Assembly (NCBI GenBank): GCA_963825135.1
Contig: CAWGRW010000009.1
Location: 2,464,001-2,528,000 of the forward strand
Direction: 5' to 3'
DNA: 64,000 nucleotides
From: an uncultured bacterium
Lineage (GTDB): Bacteria > Desulfobacterota_D > UBA1144 > Nemesobacterales > UBA2774
Below, piece by piece: positions 10,699 to 20,327 of this stretch; position 1 is the first letter of the stretch, and each line of letters opens with the position of its first letter. The translations under genes and the position numbers were made by a program. The notes under the pieces were generated by a model. The model made no database searches and was not told where the DNA came from. It was given only the letters and a program-made list of their open reading frames with translations.

Positions 10699-10758
10699 TA
10701 AAATTCCGGTGAGTCTCCGGACTGATTTCGGTGCACTGCCGGTGCGCCTTTCCCCGTC

Positions 10759-11643
10759 TTAAGGGATGATCTTCGACTGCTGCACGAGGTTCGAGATCTT
10801 TATCAGGAACTCCTTCATGTCTTCCTGGAATATCGGATCGTTGTAGTGAGGGTCCGAAAGCTCGGATCTCTGATAGATGGTCTTGTAAGATTCCTTGACC
10901 GCGCCGAGCGCCTGATCGTAGTTGTCGAGCATGCCCTGCCGCCTGTCGAGCTCCTTGCTCTTGTCTATGACGAATGACCTCTTGAGTGCGTCCCTGCTTT
11001 CGCTGTCCTTGAGCATTGTGTCGAGGAGCTTGATGTTCCTTTTATAATTATCGAGCTGTACCTGATAAATATCCGAGAACGCGTCCAGTAATGCAAGCGT
11101 CGCGTCGAGTCTCGGCTGGTTTTCGAGTATGACTTCCTGAGGCGATTTCTGTACGTAAAATGAGGTGAAGTAGTCCTTCCACTTGTTGACGGTAATTACG
11201 TCCTGCTCGTATCCCTTGAGCTCCGTCACGGTATCCGTGATATTTTCATCCACCCCGGTAAACTGCGGGACGAACTGGACGTTCTCGAACGCGCCCTTCA
11301 GCTCGGACCTCTTCACTACGAGATTAAGCGCCCGGCTGAAATCCAGAAGTGCGAGGGAGGTTTCATTGAACGCGGCGGTCTCGGATTTATACGGCGCGCA
11401 CTTCTCCTTGTCGCTCGTGTACTGAGTCATCGGCGAGGAAGCCGGGGTCTGACCTAGCTCCATTATGATGTTCCTGATCTCTGCGGTTGCGAGGCAGGTA
11501 TCGTAGCCGCCGGTAAAGACCGAATTATACGAGCCCGCGAACTGACCGGTCCCCGTCCCGAAGTCCTCTACTGCCTGATAGTTCACGCACCCGGACGTAA
11601 GCCCGACTATTATAGATATGCCGATAATCTTATTTAAACGCAT
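10759..11643 (-). CDS. Helical lipoprotein of unknown function
   Basis: Signal peptide with lipobox (IIVGLTSG|C) and a strong SD (GGGAG). Confidence 0.8.
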   Translation of the reverse strand: MRLNKIIGISIIVGLTSGCVNYQAVEDFGTGTGQFAGSYNSVFTGGYDTCLATAEIRNIIMELGQTPASSPMTQYTSDKEKCAPYKSETAAFNETSLALLDFSRALNLVVKRSELKGAFENVQFVPQFTGVDENITDTVTELKGYEQDVITVNKWKDYFTSFYVQKSPQEVILENQPRLDATLALLDAFSDIYQVQLDNYKRNIKLLDTMLKDSESRDALKRSFVIDKSKELDRRQGMLDNYDQALGAVKESYKTIYQRSELSDPHYNDPIFQEDMKEFLIKISNLVQQSKIIP

Positions 11644-11781
11644 CTCTACTCCCTCCCTGGAAAGTTTGCTTTCCGGATCGTTTAGCTAATTTTAGTGCCG
11701 ATTGTAATTAAAATATAGGAGTGATAGTAATTTTAATAAAAGTGACTAGTTTTATTAGCGGATACAAGATTTGAGACTAGA

Positions 11782-12486
11782 TTATAAGTACACTTTTAAC
11801 TCGGCCCTTTTCCGGATCCGGAGCTTCTTGAAGATTTTTGACAGGTGGTGTTTGACTGTTTTTTCGCTTATGAAAAGATTACGGCCTATTTCCCTGTTCT
11901 TGACCCCCTTCCCCGCCATCTGTATGATCTCGAGCTCGCGTCTCGTGAAGGTCGGGAGTGTGAGCTCCTGCCTGCCGTTCTCCTTTAATCTGCACAAGTA
12001 AAGCTGTTCGAAAACAAACGTTTCGAGGACACTTCTCCTGAACCAGAGCGCTCCGCCCGAGATGCACTTTATGGAATCGAGGAGCACATCGGTCTCGAAG
12101 TTCTCAATTAAAACGCCCTTTATTCCGAGCTTGAGGGCGGCCATTTCCTTATCGTGATTTGAGGTGTTTAGTATCGCCAATATATTCAGCTTGGGGAATT
12201 CCCGGATTAATGCGGTGATAGGTTCCGGTATGTTCGATGAGTCATACCCCGGACCATCGTCGTTTATAATCACGAGCGAAGGCTCATGCTCATGAATTTT
12301 CAGAGTGGCTTCAAACCAGTTGGTTGCTTCACCCACGAAATATATCCCCGGCTCGCCTATGAGCATCCCCTTGATCCCTTTTATCGCCAGGTGATGCGGG
12401 CTGTAGAGGAGGATATGGCATACCTCCTGAGCCTGATTGCTGCAACTCCCTGTATCGGTAACATTTCCCGAGTAAAGAGTTTCCAT
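11782..12486 (-). CDS. NarL/LuxR-family regulator with atypical receiver domain
   Basis: C-terminal TRRELEIIQMAGKGVKNREIGRNLFISEKTVKHHLSKIFKKL (LuxR HTH). N-terminal receiver-like fold. Confidence 0.88.
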   Translation of the reverse strand: METLYSGNVTDTGSCSNQAQEVCHILLYSPHHLAIKGIKGMLIGEPGIYFVGEATNWFEATLKIHEHEPSLVIINDDGPGYDSSNIPEPITALIREFPKLNILAILNTSNHDKEMAALKLGIKGVLIENFETDVLLDSIKCISGGALWFRRSVLETFVFEQLYLCRLKENGRQELTLPTFTRRELEIIQMAGKGVKNREIGRNLFISEKTVKHHLSKIFKKLRIRKRAELKVYL

Positions 12487-12900
12487 ATTCTCCCCCTCTC
12501 ATCCGAAATAATGACTAATCGGATACGCTAATTAATGTTCTTCGTAATTATTTATATCAAATCCGGCTTTTCTGTTCAATCGGGTGATCACCGTATTTTA
12601 AATAGGGTGACTATGTATTTTCCGTATAGATATTTGTATGATTTGCGGCAGATATATGCATTTTTGTCTGATTGCTCTTAATTAATTCAATTTGAAAAAA
12701 CTGGTATTGAAAGTTTATATTGTGATAGACTATTCAATCATTGAGCGGGATTGTCTGTCTCGACGAGCGCCCTACGGGCTTGGGGTATTACCGTATTGAA
12801 GAACCATTGCGAAAAAAGCATTCTAAAACCCGATGGTATTTCCGAACGAAACACTCTAAAAGAATTAGAGGACGCGTTGGACAAAAGGTCCGGCATCGAT

Positions 12901-14889
12901 ATGGTTTTACCTGAGCTTGATTCTGAGCCGTCCGAGCCGCGCAGGGCCGGGACTCTCGTGGAACATGACAATCACATCGCTGCCCCGGGCCCGGATCAGG
13001 GGCAGCATAAAAGTCTCGAAGAAACGGCCGGGCATAAGCGATCGTCTCGCATCAAAGACGTTATATTTCAATTCGAGAAAAAAAGCAGGTATGAAGAGAT
13101 TGTGAGGATCGTGCTGCAGAACGTGCACGGATCACTTAAGCTTGCCGATGTAATAGATAACGCCGTTGACGTGATGAATAAGCACATAGAAACTGCGCAG
13201 AATGTCTCCATTTACATGGTCGAAGGAAAAAACGCGGTCTTGAAATCTTACAGGGGCTACCCGTCCGATTTGATGAAGGATCTGGCCGCTATACCCTACC
13301 CCAGGGGCTTTACGTGGAAGACGCTGATGGACTCCGCTCCAGTTTATTGTCCCGACGTCGATCAAGATACGCTCATTGGACCTCTGGGCAGAAAACTGGG
13401 GACGATGTCGTACGTTTCAATGCCTATTTGCTTTTCGGGTAAGGCTATCGGATGCATCAATATAAACTCCCTCAGGAAAAACGCGTTCGACCGGGAAGAG
13501 CTCGACCTCCTGGAAGTAGTTGCGAATTCTATCGGCGCGGCGATAAATAATGCCAGGAAAGCCGAAGCCCTTAAGAAGTCACGCGAGGCGCTCAGGAAAA
13601 ACGTTGGAAAGCTCAGAAGAAAAAACCGTTTCGAGAAGGTAATAAACGCGGTTACCACAAGTGTGCACCAGTCGATCGAGCTTGGTGAAGTTTTCGACAA
13701 TGCGGTTGACGCGATAAATGCGGAAATTAAAGAGGCGCGGCACGTCGTGATATTTATGGTCGAGGATGGCGCGTCTGATAACGAAAGTTCGCGCTATGCC
13801 GTTATGACGGCTAACCGGGGCCATGACCAATCATACCTTGAGCGCGTGAAAAAGATCCCCTACCCTAATGGCGCTACATGGAAGACGATAATCGACGGCA
13901 ACCCGCTTTTTGTGCCCGATGCGGACAAAGACGAATATTTAGGTACGGCGAGCAGGGATTTCGGGATCAGGAGTTATATCTCGATGCCGCTTAAACTGGA
14001 TGGGGCAACTGTAGGTTGTATTCACATACATTCAAATAAGAAGTCCGCCTTCAATAAGGACGATCTTAGCTTACTTGAAATCGTTGCAAGGCAGCTCGAA
14101 ACGGCGATTAAAAACGCGAAGAAAACCGAGGAGCTGAGAAAATCCGAAGAGGCTTTGAGGAAGACGAGGGACGAGCTTGAAAAACGGGTCAGGGACCGCA
14201 CTTCGGAGCTCCAGAAATCCAATACGCTCCTGATTAAGGAGATTCTGGAAAGACGATACGTCGAAAACGAATTAAAACAGTCTCTCGCGGAAAAGGACGT
14301 CCTGCTAAAGGAAATCCATCACAGGGTGAAGAACAACCTCCAGATCATATCGAGCCTGTTGAAACTCCAGTCGAGGAAAATAAAGGACGAAAAGGCCCTC
14401 GCTTCGTTCCTCGAGAGCAACGACCGGATAAGGTCGATCGCGACCCTCCACGAACAGTTATACCGTTCAAAAGACCTCTCCCGTATCGACTTCGCGGCGC
14501 ATATCAGGAATATGACGAACAACCTGCTGCGGTCCTACGGGGTCAGAAACGACGATATCAGAGTGGTAATAGATTCGGAGCGGATATACCTCGATATTAA
14601 TACCGGTATCCCCCTCGGCCTGATCGTGAACGAGCTCGTTTCTAACGCGATAAAGCACGGTTTTGACGGCGCGAAGAGGGGCGAGATAAAGATCGAATTC
14701 AAGAAGATACACGATAGATATTCTCTCAGCGTAAGCAACGACGGGAATAAATTTCCGAAAGGCCTCGACATCAATAACGGCGCTACCCTCGGTCTGGAGC
14801 TGGTTTCGTCTCTGTCCAAACAGCTGAAGGGGGCTCTTTCGATGTCGAGCGGAGACGTCACGGAATTCAAGATCGAGTTCGGGCAATAG
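12901..14889 (+). CDS. Soluble sensor histidine kinase, GAF-GAF-HisKA_2-HATPase
   Basis: Two GAF repeats, H-box EIHHRVKNNLQIISSLL, NELVSNAIKHGF, TLGLELV. Start uncertain (12751 TTG or 12901 ATG). Confidence 0.9.
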   Translation: MVLPELDSEPSEPRRAGTLVEHDNHIAAPGPDQGQHKSLEETAGHKRSSRIKDVIFQFEKKSRYEEIVRIVLQNVHGSLKLADVIDNAVDVMNKHIETAQNVSIYMVEGKNAVLKSYRGYPSDLMKDLAAIPYPRGFTWKTLMDSAPVYCPDVDQDTLIGPLGRKLGTMSYVSMPICFSGKAIGCININSLRKNAFDREELDLLEVVANSIGAAINNARKAEALKKSREALRKNVGKLRRKNRFEKVINAVTTSVHQSIELGEVFDNAVDAINAEIKEARHVVIFMVEDGASDNESSRYAVMTANRGHDQSYLERVKKIPYPNGATWKTIIDGNPLFVPDADKDEYLGTASRDFGIRSYISMPLKLDGATVGCIHIHSNKKSAFNKDDLSLLEIVARQLETAIKNAKKTEELRKSEEALRKTRDELEKRVRDRTSELQKSNTLLIKEILERRYVENELKQSLAEKDVLLKEIHHRVKNNLQIISSLLKLQSRKIKDEKALASFLESNDRIRSIATLHEQLYRSKDLSRIDFAAHIRNMTNNLLRSYGVRNDDIRVVIDSERIYLDINTGIPLGLIVNELVSNAIKHGFDGAKRGEIKIEFKKIHDRYSLSVSNDGNKFPKGLDINNGATLGLELVSSLSKQLKGALSMSSGDVTEFKIEFGQ

Positions 14890-14911
14890 AAAAAACAATG
14901 GGAAAGGTAAA

Positions 14912-15454
14912 ATGGACAAAATCAAAATTCTGATAGTCGAGGACGAGATAATAGTCGCAAAGCATATAGAGGATTCTCTCCTGAGCCTCGGTTATTCCGT
15001 TACCGGCATATCCTCGTCGGGCGAGGAAGCGGTCGAGCATGCCGGGCACTTCAGGCCCGATGTGGTATTGATGGACATCATGCTCGGAGGCGGGACCGAC
15101 GGGATAAGCGCGGCGGAGCTCATAAGGAAACGCTATAACATCCCCATTATTTTTCTTACCGCGTATTCCAATGAAAATACAATCCACCGGGCCAAGACCG
15201 TCAAGCCCTACGGTTATATACTCAAGCCTTTCGAGGAAACCGACCTGTTCACCTCGATAGAAATAGCCCTCCATAAGCACCGGATCGAAAGGAAGCTCGT
15301 CGAGGAGACGGAGAACGCGCTTGCCGCGATCATAGGGAGTACCGAGGTGTTCCTCGAGGACGGCACGTCCAAGTATAACGTGGAAACGCTCCGGAGGATC
15401 GAGTCGATCAGGAACGCCGCTCTGATAATCAAGGAGACGATCGAGGAACTGTAG
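14912..15454 (+). CDS. Response regulator receiver with short C-terminal helical extension
   Basis: ILIVEDE, PDVVLMDIML, FLTAY, GYILKPF. Confidence 0.9.
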   Translation: MDKIKILIVEDEIIVAKHIEDSLLSLGYSVTGISSSGEEAVEHAGHFRPDVVLMDIMLGGGTDGISAAELIRKRYNIPIIFLTAYSNENTIHRAKTVKPYGYILKPFEETDLFTSIEIALHKHRIERKLVEETENALAAIIGSTEVFLEDGTSKYNVETLRRIESIRNAALIIKETIEEL

Positions 15455-15458
15455 AAAT

Positions 15459-16265
15459 ATGGATAATTCCGTATTCCCGTTACTTAAATCCCTCGGCGAG
15501 CACGAACAGATATGCCACCTCTACGATACCGATGCCGAATGTTACGAGATAGCGGCCAGCTTTTTCCTCCACGGCATAAGGTGCGGGAGCCCCTGCGTTT
15601 ACATATCCGACCAGCACGCCCCTCAGGAGCTCTTAAAGAGACTCGAAGGCCACGGTATCTCGCATAATAACAGTTCAAAAACCCGGGCGTTCGAGGAGAT
15701 ACTCGTCGGCAGCCATTTAAAGGAGCCCAGGCGGGCGGACGATATACTGGCTTTCATAGAAAAAGGGCTCGATAAAATTATCAGGAAAGGCGGCAAAACA
15801 GTCCGCGTCCTTATGGTACTGAACAGGGACCCCTTTTTCTTCCTCACAGATTCCGAGAGGCTATGGATGAAGGCGTATTTGAATAAAATATGCGTCGATA
15901 AACCCGTCATAATGATGAACCAGTACAACATCGAGCGTATAAGCTCGAAAGAGCTCCTTTCCATATTCAAGACGCACCCGACCGTCGTCGAGAAGAACCT
16001 GGTTTTCAAAAGCCCCCTATACACGGAGCCCGGCGCGATACTGAGGGAAGGAGAGAACGAGCTCGACAGGTTCAGGATACTGAGCGGGAAGGAGAAGAAG
16101 ATACTCGGCCTCATCACGAACGGCCTCAGCAACAGCGCCATAGCGCAGGAGCTTACGATAAGCATCAAAACTGTAGAGACCCACCGGGCGAATATTATGA
16201 AGAAGCTCGAGATCCATAATCTGGTTGATTTAGTGAAGTTCTCCATGCGTAACGGCATGGCGTGA
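15459..16265 (+). CDS. MEDS (DcmR-like sensor) domain fused to a LuxR HTH
   Basis: ICHLYDTDAECYEIAASFFLHGI...CVYI and QYNIERISSKELLSIFKTHP resemble MEDS. C-terminal LSGKEKKILGLITNGLSNSAIAQELTISIKTVETHRANIMKKL is a LuxR HTH. Confidence 0.8.
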   Translation: MDNSVFPLLKSLGEHEQICHLYDTDAECYEIAASFFLHGIRCGSPCVYISDQHAPQELLKRLEGHGISHNNSSKTRAFEEILVGSHLKEPRRADDILAFIEKGLDKIIRKGGKTVRVLMVLNRDPFFFLTDSERLWMKAYLNKICVDKPVIMMNQYNIERISSKELLSIFKTHPTVVEKNLVFKSPLYTEPGAILREGENELDRFRILSGKEKKILGLITNGLSNSAIAQELTISIKTVETHRANIMKKLEIHNLVDLVKFSMRNGMA

Positions 16266-16289
16266 GTGTACTTACATTTACCTAACGGT

Positions 16290-16840
16290 TTACCCCGCCG
16301 TCTTTGCCCTCTTCGTCACAGCAAGAAACAGATAACAGGCGATAACCACAACGCTCGCTATGAGCAGAAGGAACTTTATGGCTTGCCGCGGTCTGAGGCG
16401 GCGAATATTATGAGGCCGTTCAGGTTCTCCGGGTCGGACAGCTGTGACTGCAGAAGTAAATTCTCGATGACGTCTAGCGCGCCCGCAAACATCGGCAGGC
16501 TGAAATACGTGAGCGCCTTCCCCCGCTCTACCCCCTTAAGGAGCGACCCCATTACATTCCCCAGGAACCCGGTATACGAGATTATAAACAGATAGTCTAT
16601 CCAGATGAGCATCAAATGCGCGCGCACGCCCTCCACGCCGCATGCGCTTATAATGCCCTGAAAGGCCGGCTTCGTGAACGCGAGCTCTAGAGGGATCATC
16701 CCCGCGCACCCGGCTGGCCTCACGAACGAGTCCGTGGTTATCATGGCGAACGCCGTGAGCACGAAAAAGGTTCCCGTGAATATGAGGAACTCCTTTACGG
16801 CCAGGGCGTTGAACAGAAATTCTATAATTTTTCTGGGCAT
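16290..16840 (-). CDS. Integral membrane protein (about 4 TM), frameshift near 16385
   Basis: IDYLFIISY...ALDVIEN. It continues in another frame as IKFLLLIASVVVIACYLFLAVTKRAKTAG* to 16290. Confidence 0.7.
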
Positions 16841-16997
16841 TCGTTTCCCTTATCGGTTTATATGAGATAATGATTATTCAGGGTCGGGCCGAACATTCAA
16901 CCTCCGCCCGGATAATTGCGCCCCGGCCGCTCTTTATGGCGGCGTTCATTGTATGTTATATTCTGAATGATAATAAGTATATCGGCGGAGGTTTCAG

Positions 16998-17315
16998 GTG
17001 ACCGGTTCGAGGTTAGAGACTTTTAAGGCCCTCGTGAAGAAGGACCCGGGCAACCCGCTCGGGAGGTACTCGCTCGCCAATGAATATTACAAGCTGGAAA
17101 TGTACAAAGAGGCGATAACGGAGATAGACGAGTACCTGAAGATAGCGGACGACCAGGGGGCCGTTTACAGGATGCTCGCCGAGTGCTATATACACACGGG
17201 TGATTCCGAGATGGCGAGGGAGGCCTACTACAAGGGGATGGAGGCTGCCAACCGCCACGGGCACCCGGGTATGGCCGAGGAATACGAGGAAGCTATCGAA
17301 TTGCTGGACGAATGA
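16998..17315 (+). CDS. Small TPR protein
   Basis: DPGNPLGRYSLANEYYKLEMYKEAI...AVYRMLAECY. GGAGG SD, GTG start. Confidence 0.8.
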   Translation: MTGSRLETFKALVKKDPGNPLGRYSLANEYYKLEMYKEAITEIDEYLKIADDQGAVYRMLAECYIHTGDSEMAREAYYKGMEAANRHGHPGMAEEYEEAIELLDE

Positions 17316-17358
17316 GCTATCTACTGCTGGACTATAATATAAGCCGGGGTGAATAGTA

Positions 17359-17667
17359 GTGGGAAACCTTTTCGATGTCGCGGCCGACGGGGAGATAGGT
17401 CTGGGCGAGGCGAAGCTGGTCGAGGCCGACGGTAAGGAGATCGCTCTCTTTAATTGTGACGGCGAATACTACGCCATAGATAACGACTGCACTCACATAG
17501 GGGGGCCGCTCTGCGAAGGCGAAATAAACGGCGAAACCGTCACCTGCCCGTGGCACGGAGCCGAATTCAACATCAGGACCGGCGAGGTCCTCGGACCCCC
17601 TGCCGATGAGAACGTCAATTCGTATAGAGTTCACGTCGAGGGCGGCAGGATATTGATCGAGATCTAG
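17359..17667 (+). CDS. Rieske [2Fe-2S] ferredoxin
   Basis: CTH...CPWH Rieske ligand motifs. Confidence 0.92.
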   Translation: MGNLFDVAADGEIGLGEAKLVEADGKEIALFNCDGEYYAIDNDCTHIGGPLCEGEINGETVTCPWHGAEFNIRTGEVLGPPADENVNSYRVHVEGGRILIEI

Positions 17668-17683
17668 AGAGCGAACTAATCTG

Positions 17684-18952
17684 TTATAAATGCAGTCCTT
17701 CGAAGAGGGGCCCTGATTTCCTCTCTCTCGACAGGTCTTCCGCGTGCCGGAGCTCTTCCCTGAAACGGCCGTCGACGAGCAGGTCGGCGAGCGCCGAGGC
17801 CGCGCCGTACGAGATCATGAGTCCCCTTCCCGTATGCGCCTCGCACTCGTAGACGTTATAGAGTCCCGGGACGCTGCCCAGATAGCCTGACCGGTCTGGC
17901 GTCTCGGCGTACATCCCCGCCCATCCCCTTATGAACTTCACACGCTCGAACGCGCTCATTCTGTTCCAGAGCGGCTGCCAGATGTGCTTCACGAACGGGC
18001 TTTTCTCGCTCAAGCCTCCGAAGCTGAACTCGAAGTTGTAGCCGTACGGCTCGTCCATATTGGAGTACCCGGCGAGGATATTGGCTCCTTCCTGGTGGAA
18101 ATATATGTCCGACGTGTCGATCAGCATGCCGTAAGGCGAAAGGTCGACATCGGGGCAGTTGAGGACCACCATCTGACGCCTCCTCGGCTTTACACCGTCG
18201 TCATTAAACCCGTAAAGGGCCGAGACGCGGGGCGCCCAGGCCCCGGCGGTATTTATGAGCGTTCCGCATTTAAAAACGATGCCCGGCAAATTGTGCTCGA
18301 CTTTATCGTCCTCGAGTATCCTTTTCACCCTCTCTTCCATGGTGCTCCAGTCTTTATTAAAGCCGGTAATGTCATAAGCCGAGACTTCTTTCGCCCTCCC
18401 CCTTTCGACGGAGATCCGGGCGGCGTAGCACCTGTCGAAGAACCTGACCCCGTTCTTCCGCGCTTCGCCTCTGTAGAATTCCCTGAGCGAGTAGTGGTCT
18501 ATAAGTCCAGCTTTTCTAGAGACCGAGAGCCCCTCTATCCCTTCAAGGTTGTCGACGAGGGGGAGTATGGAAGGCACCTCTTCCGCCGGATATAATTCCA
18601 CGGGGAGCCCGTACTCTTTATAGAGGGGGTGGTTTTCGACGATCTCCCGCCACGACCTCGCGCCGTGCATCCAGAAGTAGCCTAGCTCCCGGAACTGTAT
18701 TACCTCCGCGATCGACTCGTAAAAATCTATCGAGTATTTGCAGAGCTCTATGTTCGCCCGGTTCCTCCAGGTCGCCCTCACTCCCCCAGCATTTTTGAGC
18801 GTGGAGGAATGCTCCCCTTCCATGTCTATGTCGATCACGCCGACCGAGGCTTTCACGCCCCTTTCGCCGAGCTTCTTTGAAAGCGCGTAGGCCCCCGCCG
18901 AGCCGAGTATGCCCGCGCCTATGAAGAGGAAATCGAGGTCGTGGCTTCCCAT
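17684..18952 (-). CDS. FAD-dependent oxidoreductase (DAO/sarcosine oxidase-like)
   Basis: IGAGILG, STLKNAGGVR, WAGMYAETPD, HTGRGLM. Confidence 0.88.
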   Translation of the reverse strand: MGSHDLDFLFIGAGILGSAGAYALSKKLGERGVKASVGVIDIDMEGEHSSTLKNAGGVRATWRNRANIELCKYSIDFYESIAEVIQFRELGYFWMHGARSWREIVENHPLYKEYGLPVELYPAEEVPSILPLVDNLEGIEGLSVSRKAGLIDHYSLREFYRGEARKNGVRFFDRCYAARISVERGRAKEVSAYDITGFNKDWSTMEERVKRILEDDKVEHNLPGIVFKCGTLINTAGAWAPRVSALYGFNDDGVKPRRRQMVVLNCPDVDLSPYGMLIDTSDIYFHQEGANILAGYSNMDEPYGYNFEFSFGGLSEKSPFVKHIWQPLWNRMSAFERVKFIRGWAGMYAETPDRSGYLGSVPGLYNVYECEAHTGRGLMISYGAASALADLLVDGRFREELRHAEDLSRERKSGPLFEGLHL

Positions 18953-19040
18953 AGGGAATATTCTATCACAGGGCCGTCTCCGTATGTCTCGAGGGAATCC
19001 GCCGGGGCATTTGCGGGAGAATTTATGTTATCATTTTTAC

Positions 19041-20312
19041 GTGATGGACGCTTACCCGCTCAGGTGGCTTTTCGTCGATATGAACTCGTACTTCGCCTCG
19101 GTCGAGCAGCAGCTCACACCGGGACTGAGGGGCAGGCCGACTGTCGTAGTCCCGGTCATGACGGACAGCACATGCTGCATAGCCGCCAGTTACGAGGCAA
19201 GAAAGTACGGCATCAATACCGGGACTAACGTCGCCGAGGCCCGCAAGGCCTGCAGCGAGCTTAATATAGTGGAATCGAGGCCCGAAATATACGTCGAGAT
19301 GCATCATAAGATATTGTCGGCGGTCGATTCGGTACTGCCCGTGGAGAACGTCCTGTCAATCGACGAGATGGCGTGCCGGTTAACCGGGAGGCAGACGGAT
19401 TACGACAACGCCGTCTCCATAGGCCGTCAGGTGAAGAAGGCGATAAAAGAGCAGGCCGGGGAATACCTCCGGTGCTCTCTCGGGATCGCGCCCAACCGCT
19501 TCCTGGCGAAGGTCGCAAGCGATATGGAGAAGCCCGACGGGTTTACCGTGTTGGGCGAAGAGGAGCTCCCTCAAAGGCTGTATTCGCTGTCCCTGACCGA
19601 CCTGCCGGGTATCGGGAGAAGGATGCTCGCACGCCTGAAGGGCCGCGGCGTGCACACCGTCCGGGACCTCTGCACGCTGTCTCCGGAGAGGGTATCGGAC
19701 GTGTGGGGGAGCGTAGTGGGCAATCGGTTTCTTCTGATGCTCGGGGGCGAGGACATATACGATAGCGCTTCCGAGAGGAAGACCGTGGGTCACTCGCACG
19801 TGCTGCCGCCTGAATTGAGGACGGACGAAGGGGTGCGCGCGGTGTTCATGAGGCTCATACACAAGGCCGCTTTCAGGCTGAGGAGGCTCGGACACCTTTC
19901 CGATAAAATGGTGATCGCCATAGACTACCTCGGAGACGAAGAGAGCTGGAGAAAGGGCGTGAATATAACTAAGAAAAACGACACCCGCTCGATGATAGAA
20001 GCCTTTACGTCCGTCTGGACGGAAAGACCCTCCGGACGGAAGCCGCTCCGCGCGTCCGTTACGTTTACCGGCCTCTCTGCGTCGAGCGAAACCGCCATGC
20101 TCCTCTTCGACGGCGAGAGGAAGCTCGATAGGGTGGCGGGCGCTCTCGACAAGATAAACGAGCGTTACGGGATGGACAGCATCTATTTCGGCGGCATGCA
20201 CGGCGCCTCCGAGTCGGCTCCCATGAGGATAGGATTCACCTCCATACCGGACGTCGTGGCGGAGGGGAGTCGAATAAAACAAAGGCTTTCCCGGGGACCC
20301 GGGAAGGGTTGA
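19041..20312 (+). CDS. dinB: Y-family DNA polymerase IV
   Basis: FVDMNSYFASVEQ, AASYEAR, SIDE, LAKVASDMEKPDG. Likely start is GTG/ATG at 19041/19044. Confidence 0.9.
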   Translation: MMDAYPLRWLFVDMNSYFASVEQQLTPGLRGRPTVVVPVMTDSTCCIAASYEARKYGINTGTNVAEARKACSELNIVESRPEIYVEMHHKILSAVDSVLPVENVLSIDEMACRLTGRQTDYDNAVSIGRQVKKAIKEQAGEYLRCSLGIAPNRFLAKVASDMEKPDGFTVLGEEELPQRLYSLSLTDLPGIGRRMLARLKGRGVHTVRDLCTLSPERVSDVWGSVVGNRFLLMLGGEDIYDSASERKTVGHSHVLPPELRTDEGVRAVFMRLIHKAAFRLRRLGHLSDKMVIAIDYLGDEESWRKGVNITKKNDTRSMIEAFTSVWTERPSGRKPLRASVTFTGLSASSETAMLLFDGERKLDRVAGALDKINERYGMDSIYFGGMHGASESAPMRIGFTSIPDVVAEGSRIKQRLSRGPGKG

Positions 20313-20327
20313 GCATTGTATTGAATC

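Noticed and set aside
18909..19040. N-terminal extension of DinB in the ORF track
   Set aside because: It overlaps the divergent gene and promoter region; DinB homology starts at MDAYPLRWLFVD.
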